Virus record (IMG/VR): IMGVR_UViG_3300037478_000449
Span: 1 to 64,000 of that record
Length of the DNA: 64,000 nt
DNA from: a virus
Strand: one strand, 5' to 3'
Shown here: one piece after another, positions 57,229 through 64,000 of the stretch
Layout of the letters: the number at the start of each line of letters is the position of its first letter
Numbering within the stretch: position 1 is the first letter of the stretch
Notes under the pieces: model-generated
What the model was told of the DNA's origin: nothing
The model's input: the letters and a program-made list of their open reading frames with translations, nothing else
Database searches by the model: none
Translations under genes and position numbers: made by a program

Positions 57229-58110
57229 CGGGGCACCCCGCCCGGGTCTGTCCCGCCGGGTTCCCGGCCCAGCAGCCGGTCCAGCCACACCACGTCGTCC
57301 ACGGCCTCCACCGCCAGCGGCTCGCCGAGCACGTCGACCAGGTGGGCGGCGGCCCGCTTGCCGGATGCCTCATCCGGGTAGGCCAGGTAGTGCCGCACCG
57401 GCCCAGCAGCGGGCAGGGTGTGCACGTCCCAAACGAGGCTCACCGGACCCGCCCCCTCTGCCGCCGACGCAGCTCCTGCTCCCAGTCGTAGGTGGTGTTC
57501 CGGTCGGCCAGCCGTGCCGCGTCGATGGCCTGCCGCAGCCGGGTGTCCTGGTCGCGGCGCCGCTGCCGGGCGGCCCGGCGGGGGTGGGGCAGGTGCAGCC
57601 TCACCGGACCCGCCTCCTGCCGTGGTAGATGGCCACACCGGTTACCAGCGCCCCGGCTGGGATCACCGCGGCGGTGGGGGAGTCCGGGCCTGGGGTGGTG
57701 GCCACGTGGACCAGCCGGGTGAGCCGGTCCGGTGTGCAGCAGCCCGGGTCACCGGCCGGTGCCAGACACACCCGGCACGGCGGGCTGGGCTGCCGGCACG
57801 GGCTGCAGGTGTCGGCGGTGGTCCACTCTCCGCAGGTGCACAGCCGCACCCTGGTCGCCGTCGCCGCGGTCACGACCCGGCTCCGATCCCGGCGACCAGG
57901 CGCCGCAGCTTCCCCCGCGCCTTGCCCCGGTGCTCCACGACATAGACCAGGTGACCGGAGCCGGCCAACTTGACCTCCCACCGCTTGTCGGCGACGCGGC
58001 GGCGGGCGAACGCCACACACCGGCCGGTCTCCCAGTGACGGACGTAGATCGCCCGGTCCCACTCCACCCACCGGTACTCAGCGGCGGGCTCGGTCCCGGC
58101 CCGGTCCAGC

Positions 58111-58308
58111 TCAGCCAGCATCGGGACCACCACCCTCCACCGCGGCAAGCACATCGGACAGCCGAAACCGCAGGTGCCCGCCCGGGGTTCGGATCGACGG
58201 CAGCCGGCCCGCAGCAGCCCAGCGGGCGACCGTCTTCGAATCGACGCGCAGCCAGTCGGCGACCTCGCCCGGCTTGAGCAGCCGCCCGTCCAGCAGCTCC
58301 GGGCTCAC
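58111..58308 (-). CDS. BldC/Xis-family HTH protein
   Basis: LLKPGEVADWLRVDSKTVARWAAAGRLPSIRTPGGHLRFR. Confidence 0.85.
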   Translation of the reverse strand: MSPELLDGRLLKPGEVADWLRVDSKTVARWAAAGRLPSIRTPGGHLRFRLSDVLAAVEGGGPDAG

Positions 58309-58654
58309 CGGGGACCACCAACCTGTGCGGCCCGGCCGGCAGCGGCCAACGTCTCAGCCAGCACCGTCGTGTACCGGTCGGCCAGGTAGGCGGCCCACAC
58401 GGTGCGGTCGTCCAGTCCGGTCTCTACCGGCCGCCGCCAACCGACCTGCCGGGCGACACCACCCAGGTCCGGGCCGTGGACCCGTTCCCGGTCCGGGTCC
58501 GGCGGCACATCCCCCACCGGTGCGGCGTACCGGTCGGCGCCCTCACCGGCCACCCGGTCGGCGTTCTGCCAGCTACCCGGCCCGCCGGCCAGCCGCTGGC
58601 GGAGCGTGCCCTGCGGGTGGCCGGCCGGCGTGGTGCCGCTCACCGGACGCCGGG

Positions 58655-59308
58655 TCATGACGGCACCTCCGGCTCCCACGAATGGGTAAAGCCACCCTTC
58701 CGGCCGGCGGCGTAGTGCTGCGAGTACGACAGGCCGCATCCCTTGCACCGGCGGGCATCTGGCTGCCAGTCGCCGTGACCGCCGGGGTGGTACCGAGGCC
58801 GGCCGCACAACTCGTCCAGCGCCTGGTAGTCCCCGTCCGGGGTGTCCACGTACCGCTGCATCGCGCACGCCGGCCGGGTCCAGTCCGGGGCGTGCCAGAC
58901 CAGCTCCGACGATGCGCCGTAACCCAGCGACGCCACCACGTGGTCCGGATACACGGCCATGTGCGTCTTCCACGGAAAGCGGCTCGCGTCGATGCCCGCA
59001 GCGTTGGCTGGCTCGGCAAGCTCCAGGCAGGGGCCGTAGTCCACCGCCAGGCTCACGTAGCCCCTGGGCAGTGCCTTGCTGATCCGCTCCGCCAGCAGCC
59101 CGACGAACCGTTGCGCCTGCCCGGCGGTGACCGGGTGCTGGTCGGCGAGCAGACCCGCCAGCATCCCAGCCATCCCCATTTGTTGCCGCTCTTTCGGCGA
59201 GCCTGTGTTGCCGATGGCGTCGAACGTGGGTGCGCCGATCTGCTGCGCCCACCAGGTTGCGGCGGCCTCAGCGGCGGTGCTGGCCTGTACCAGCTCCCGG
59301 CCGCTCAC
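58655..59308 (-). CDS. Hypothetical protein
   Basis: 217-aa ORF (LAVDYGP...FPWKT). Confidence 0.6.
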   Translation of the reverse strand: MSGRELVQASTAAEAAATWWAQQIGAPTFDAIGNTGSPKERQQMGMAGMLAGLLADQHPVTAGQAQRFVGLLAERISKALPRGYVSLAVDYGPCLELAEPANAAGIDASRFPWKTHMAVYPDHVVASLGYGASSELVWHAPDWTRPACAMQRYVDTPDGDYQALDELCGRPRYHPGGHGDWQPDARRCKGCGLSYSQHYAAGRKGGFTHSWEPEVPS

Positions 59309-60065
59309 CGCTCGACCCGCTGCACGTACCGGCCGGCCGCCAGCAGCACCGCCACCAACCCGCCGACAGCCGCGGCTGCTGTCGCCGGTTCCGATATGAT
59401 CGCCAGGAACATCTGAGATCGACTCCTTCCAAGTGTGTGGATCTCGGTCTGTTCAGCGCCTCGTCGCTAACCCGGCGGGGCGCGTCCACGTCTGCGTCTG
59501 CTGGTCCGGAACCCGGGTCAGCAGCACCGTCTGGGAGTCCCGCCCGTGCTCACGCCATGCCCCAGCGGGCGGCGCGGTGTGTGACGTGGCACGGGCGGGA
59601 CGTAGGGGGGTGGCCGCCGCCCTCACCAGCGGCGGCCACCCAACCCGGCGAGGCGCGTGTACCAGCGCGCCGTCAAGCCGGGAGACTGCGGCGGGCCGGC
59701 CAGACCGGGGGTAGACCCGGCCGGCCCGCGGTGTGGTGGCAGCTCCACCCCCGCCGGTCAGAGCTGCCACCACACGCTGACGCCGGAACCTGGACGCCCG
59801 GCGGAGCACCCACACCAGCAACGCCAGCCCGGCGGTGAGCGCCATGTAGCCGGCGATGAGCAGCGCGGCGGTGTAGGGGGTGCCGGCCAGGGTGACGGTC
59901 ATCCCGCCCACCCCCACAACGCGGCGAGAACGAGCCCTGCCGGAACCCCGACGAGAGTGCCGACACGCAGCCCCCACGCCAGATCGTCAACCAGCCGACC
60001 AGCGCCGGTGACCCAAACCGCCAGGCTCAGGCGGGCGGACAGGAAGCGGCGGGCGGCTGCGGTCA

Positions 60066-60341
60066 TCACGATGGCCTCGCGTTCTCGGCGATGTAGGCCA
60101 GCAACTCCGGCACGGGGTGGAACCACTCGCCATGAGACCGGGCGGCAACGAACCGCCGGTGAAGCGCTGTCTCGTGTTCCTGTCCCACGCCAGCGATGAC
60201 CCCGATTACGCGGAGCTGAACAGGCGAGCCGGTCTGCATCGAGTCCAGGCGACTGCGGACGCGGCGACCCTCGCGGTCGGCACGTACCAGGTGTGACCTC
60301 AGGTCTTTGATTTCGATCGTGCGCTGCTCGGCCAGGGTCAC
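60066..60341 (-). CDS. Partial T5orf172/MUG113-like (GIY-YIG) protein
   Basis: RL..MQTGSP..L...E..LHRRF....GEWF. N-terminal VY/KIG strands absent. Confidence 0.6.
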   Translation of the reverse strand: MTLAEQRTIEIKDLRSHLVRADREGRRVRSRLDSMQTGSPVQLRVIGVIAGVGQEHETALHRRFVAARSHGEWFHPVPELLAYIAENARPS

Positions 60342-60528
60342 GCTGCGGCCCTCCGGTCCGGGGCAGTGCGGGACTGGGCAGCCGGGGCAAGCTCCGGCTC
60401 GGCGTTGGCTGGCACAAGGTCCGCGAGGGTCAGGCCTTGCCGGGCCAGCGAGGCGCGGACGATCCGGGCGGCGAGCTGGAGCTGGAGCGGATCGGCGAAG
60501 CAGCCCGGCCGCGCGCCGTTCGGGGCGG

Positions 60529-60786
60529 TCATGCCGCGACTCCGTCGCGCTTGCGCTCCAGCACCGAGACCGGGCAGTTGAGTGCTTCCGCCAGCAGGAT
60601 CAGCAGCCGGGGAGTGGCGTTGCGACTCCCCGCTTCGATCTCCGACATGTGCGAGGCGGAGATCCCGATCGCCTGGGCGAGTGCAGCCTGGGTCCAGCCT
60701 TTGGCCTGCCGCGCCCAGGTCACGGCCTCGGGGTCGTGATCGAGGGGGGTTTTCGGCGGCTTTCTCGACTGCTTCGCTCGCGTCAC
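60529..60786 (-). CDS. Cro-like XRE HTH regulator
   Basis: ARQAKGWTQAALAQAIGISASHMSEIEAG. Confidence 0.9.
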   Translation of the reverse strand: MTRAKQSRKPPKTPLDHDPEAVTWARQAKGWTQAALAQAIGISASHMSEIEAGSRNATPRLLILLAEALNCPVSVLERKRDGVAA

Positions 60787-60949
60787 CTCATCACGGTAGG
60801 TGCGAAGTAGTGCGCAGTGCAAGCCCTGGTGCCTGTGATTCACAACTTCGTGCGAAGTTCACCCGAACGGATGTCCTACCGCGGATGATCGGCGGGTTCA
60901 TCGGCCCCATCCGCTAGCCATAGAGCGCCGTAGGTGCGAAGATGTGCGA
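60787..60949. promoter_or_regulatory. Immunity switch region with operator repeats
   Basis: GTAGGTGCGAAG at 60796 and 60930; palindrome AACTTCG-TG-CGAAGTT at 60844-60859. Lies between divergent HTH genes. Confidence 0.7.
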
Positions 60950-61405
60950 ATGATCGACCGGAGCGGCCGGACACCGGAGGGCGAGTTGATCTACCGCCTA
61001 CGCAAGGCGAACCGGCCAGGTGTAGGCGTTCGGGCGATCGCGCCAGAGGCGGACCTGTCCGAGGGCCGATGGCGCCAGATCGAGTCCGGGTACCAATCCG
61101 TCGGCGGGCAGAAGATCGCCGTAAGCGCACCCGCCGCCACGCTGGCCCGGATGGCTGCCGCCGTTGGCGGAACGCCCACAGACTTGGTCAACGTAGGCCG
61201 CGCCGACGCCGCCGACGAGCTGCGGAAGCTACCCGACCCGCCGCGTAGCGAGGCTGAGCGGCTGATCCTCGGCGCGCCTATCTCCAGCCGGGCGAAGAAG
61301 CTGGTCCTCCAGCGGTACCGCAGGAGGTTGGAGGAAGGAAACCGCGCAGCGCTGGAGTACGTACGGGAACAGCTCGACCTGCTCCGCAGCGAGGAAACCG
61401 GCTAG
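60950..61405 (+). CDS. CI-like immunity repressor
   Basis: GVRAIAPEADLSEGRWRQIESG HTH. Divergent from cro, next to the integrase. Confidence 0.8.
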   Translation: MIDRSGRTPEGELIYRLRKANRPGVGVRAIAPEADLSEGRWRQIESGYQSVGGQKIAVSAPAATLARMAAAVGGTPTDLVNVGRADAADELRKLPDPPRSEAERLILGAPISSRAKKLVLQRYRRRLEEGNRAALEYVREQLDLLRSEETG

Positions 61406-62853
61406 GCCGTCCGCCAGTCGATCCTGACCCGGGACAGGTCCACCCCCCGGTAGGGCGGGGTAGCCCGGCCGATGGTCACCCTCGTGACGAACCGGCGGAC
61501 CATCTCCCGCCGCTCATCCAGTGTCATCCCCGCCCACACCCGGGGGTCGGTGAGCACGGCCGGGTCGGCATCACCCAGCGGTGGCGGGATGTCGACCAGC
61601 TCGCCCCGCAGCTCGGCCTCCTGCGCGGCCAGGCCGTCGCGGGCCGTGCGCCATTCTTCGTCGGTCAACTCCCGCGCCCAGCGGGCCGCCAGCTCGCGCC
61701 GCTTGCGGCCGAGCCGTTCCAGCTCGGCGCCGATGGTCTCCCGCCGCTCGGAATGCTCGTCGACTGCGACCGCGGCAACGAAGGCCGGGGTGGCGAGCTG
61801 GCGCATCAGCGTGGCGAGAACGTGCGCCTCGGCCGGCACGGCGGCGATGCCCACGCAGCCCTTTCCGCCGTGCCGCGGTTTCATCGAGCACACCAGGTAG
61901 GGCACCGACTGGCCGCGGCGGAGCTGTTTGAGCGTGCCGATGATCTCCGCGTCGCACTCCCCGCACCGGGCAAGGCCACCGGTGAGCAGGTAGCGACGCG
62001 CGGCCCGCCGGCCGGGGGCGGGAACCGCGTACAACCCGCCGCGGGCATCGGCAACAACCCGGGCGGCGCCGAGCCGGTCGCGGCACGCCTGCCACGTCGA
62101 CTCGTCCAGGATCGCCGGCCAGTTCCCGCGGCCGACGATCCGCCCCTGGTGAAGCCGCTGGCCGGCTACGGCCGGGGTGGTCACCATCGAGCGGATGGTG
62201 GTGGTGGTCAGGGTGCCGCCGCGCGAGCCCCGGACCCCGTTGCTGGCCAGGTGTCGGACGATCGAGGTGAGCGACCAGCCGGCCAGTACCTTCTCCGCCA
62301 CTCCGCGGATGATCATGGCCTGTTCGGGCACGATCTCGTACGTCTTCCCGCCGCGTTCGTCCACCGCGTGCCGCAGCCCGTACGGGATGGACGGCGGCGG
62401 CTGGCCGGCTGCGGCGTTGGCGTCAAGGCGGTCCTTGATCCGCTGCCGCAGCCGGCGAATCTCACCCGCGGATATGACGGCCTTGATTCCGGCTACGTCA
62501 TCGTTGACCCGCAACACCCCGTCGCGTCGGGTGTGGACCTCGACAACGCCGACGATCAGCAGCTCGGCGGCGAGGATGAACCAGTCGATCTCGATGCGCT
62601 CCAGCCGGCTCTGCTCGATCGTCCACATCTGCGCGACCTGGCCGGAGCGGATCTGTTCCCGCAGCGCCAGGTACCGGGGCCGGGGGCCGCCGGACGCCGC
62701 GCTGAACCCAGGGTCGGCGTACACGACCACCGGCAGGTCGGGCCAGTGCGCAGCGGCGTACTCCCGTCCGTACTGCTCCTGGACCGGTATGCCCTCGTAC
62801 AGGCTGTCCGGCCGGGGTGAGAGCCTGAGGTACAGCGCGGCGTGTCTGGCCAT
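61402..62853 (-). CDS. int: Large serine recombinase (integrase)
   Basis: LYLRLS catalytic Ser, RPRY, SRLER, PYG, LLTGGLARCGEC zinc ribbon, coiled coil. Confidence 0.93.
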   Translation of the reverse strand: MARHAALYLRLSPRPDSLYEGIPVQEQYGREYAAAHWPDLPVVVYADPGFSAASGGPRPRYLALREQIRSGQVAQMWTIEQSRLERIEIDWFILAAELLIVGVVEVHTRRDGVLRVNDDVAGIKAVISAGEIRRLRQRIKDRLDANAAAGQPPPSIPYGLRHAVDERGGKTYEIVPEQAMIIRGVAEKVLAGWSLTSIVRHLASNGVRGSRGGTLTTTTIRSMVTTPAVAGQRLHQGRIVGRGNWPAILDESTWQACRDRLGAARVVADARGGLYAVPAPGRRAARRYLLTGGLARCGECDAEIIGTLKQLRRGQSVPYLVCSMKPRHGGKGCVGIAAVPAEAHVLATLMRQLATPAFVAAVAVDEHSERRETIGAELERLGRKRRELAARWARELTDEEWRTARDGLAAQEAELRGELVDIPPPLGDADPAVLTDPRVWAGMTLDERREMVRRFVTRVTIGRATPPYRGVDLSRVRIDWRTA

Positions 62854-62911
62854 GGGGCGAGACTACGGTCCCGCTTGCGCCTTTACAAGACGCGTCCACC
62901 CAGGCTTGACG

Positions 62912-63340
62912 CTAGGTAGCAAGCGGGTTCCGTTCCCGCCCGGACCCGTTCAGCGCCACCACGTTCCCGTCGCCGAGTGTCCGCCCGGCCAGGCCATCGG
63001 CGTACCCGGCCAGGTACCGGTCGTCATACTCCGCAGGCTCGCTCGCCTTCGCGGCGCAGGCCCGCCCCACCAGCTTGGCTTCTGCCCGGTCGATCCGCCC
63101 GCCCAGCTCCCCGGTGATGATCCGGCAGGCCGCACCTGCGATCCAGGCGAGCATCATCGCGCAGCCGGACACGGACATCAGCACCTTGATCAACCCGCGG
63201 CCGGTGCCCCACTCCAGCGTGACAGCCAGCGGGTAGGCGACCAGGCTGAGCGCCAGCAGGCCGGCGGACGCGGCACCGATGATGATCAGCCACCGGTAGG
63301 TGGTCCACATCGACTGGTCGCTGTCGGTGTTGCTGGGCAT
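62912..63340 (-). CDS. Membrane protein
   Basis: Two TM helices. Confidence 0.6.
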   Translation of the reverse strand: MPSNTDSDQSMWTTYRWLIIIGAASAGLLALSLVAYPLAVTLEWGTGRGLIKVLMSVSGCAMMLAWIAGAACRIITGELGGRIDRAEAKLVGRACAAKASEPAEYDDRYLAGYADGLAGRTLGDGNVVALNGSGRERNPLAT

Positions 63341-63498
63341 GCATCCCTCCCGGGCCTGGGTGGCGGGGGTGGGTGGCCTCGCCTCACGTGGTCAGACCGT
63401 CACCGTACCGGGACCGGTCCGGACCGTCCACCCCCGGACATGGGATCTGCCGGCCGATCTGCCGCCTAGGCGTGCCGGACCGCACCGGCTGTGCGACG

Positions 63499-63996
63499 AT
63501 GGGCGGCATGGGACCGGCCGGACCGGGCAACCTACCCGGGTGGATACGTCACCGCCGTCTGGAGCGTGGCCTGTCCATCCGGACAGCGGCCCGCGACGCG
63601 CGGGTGCGGCGGGCGACGTGGGGGGCGTGGGAGCGGCGGACCGGGTGGGCGGTGCCGTCCGATCTGATGCGTCCGCGGATCGAGCGGGTGCTGCGGTGGC
63701 GGCCTGGGTCGGTGGCGGTGATCCTCGCCGGTGGCGCACCGGCGCCGCTGCCTGACCCGGACCCGTCTGAGTGGACAGACCCGGACACCGGAGAGGACTA
63801 CTCCGCGGACCGGGTGGCGCGGGAGCTGTGGGCGCTGCGGCACGCGTTCGGCGAGGCGGAGCGTGGCCGGCTCGGGCCAGCCGAGGCGGATCGGATGGGC
63901 CGGGAACTGGCACGGCGGCACATCGCCTTGCACCGGGCAGACCGGGCGATGCGGCCCGCCCGGGCACGAGTTGCGCACACCAGGCAGGTGACCTAG
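63499..63996 (+). CDS. XRE-family HTH protein
   Basis: IRHRRLERGLSIRTAARDARVRRATWGAWE...IERVLRWRPGS. Confidence 0.8.
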   Translation: MGGMGPAGPGNLPGWIRHRRLERGLSIRTAARDARVRRATWGAWERRTGWAVPSDLMRPRIERVLRWRPGSVAVILAGGAPAPLPDPDPSEWTDPDTGEDYSADRVARELWALRHAFGEAERGRLGPAEADRMGRELARRHIALHRADRAMRPARARVAHTRQVT

Positions 63997-64000
63997 CGTG

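Larger units (their letters stand above)
1..64000. mobile_element. Temperate actinobacteriophage/prophage (partial; tail genes continue beyond the left edge)
   Basis: Gene order integrase - cI/cro - recombination/replication - terminase - portal - capsid - head/tail. Dense, translationally coupled minus-strand ORFs. No host housekeeping genes recognised. Confidence 0.95.

Noticed and set aside
62854-62911. att site next to the integrase
   Set aside because: No convincing inverted repeat or host junction visible; flanking genes still look phage-like.

Overview
The whole window is part of one high-GC temperate actinomycete phage or prophage of siphovirus type. Almost all genes lie on the minus strand. 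Right to left: an XRE regulator, a large serine integrase, and a divergent cI/cro switch (~60.5-62.9 kb); a long early region (~19-60 kb) with a BldC-like HTH, an SNF2-helicase/DNA-methylase fusion, RecT plus exonuclease, a replication initiator with iterons, a primase-helicase, Fic, ASCH, DUF5131, HNH genes and many small ORFs; then the late module (terminase, portal, MuF, protease/scaffold, capsid, head-tail genes), which runs off the left end. The most striking element is at 52.5-54.3 kb. A stand-alone Cas7/RAMP-like gene is followed by four tracts of 14-17 phased GGY-NN pentamers, separated by three ~43-nt tRNA-like mini-structures, then a ParB-like gene and a fifth tract. This looks like a non-CRISPR RNA-guided system with an array of guides. 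Other highlights: (1) a cassette of a truncated PglX-like (BREX-2) protein, a VUT/YhhQ queuosine-precursor transporter and a DpdA/TGT-like enzyme; (2) an O-methyltransferase plus TagF-like glycerophosphotransferase inside the head operon; (3) a MuF protein with an ADP-ribosyltransferase-like extension; (4) an LPxTG surface protein. All family calls come from motif recognition by eye; no database search was run.
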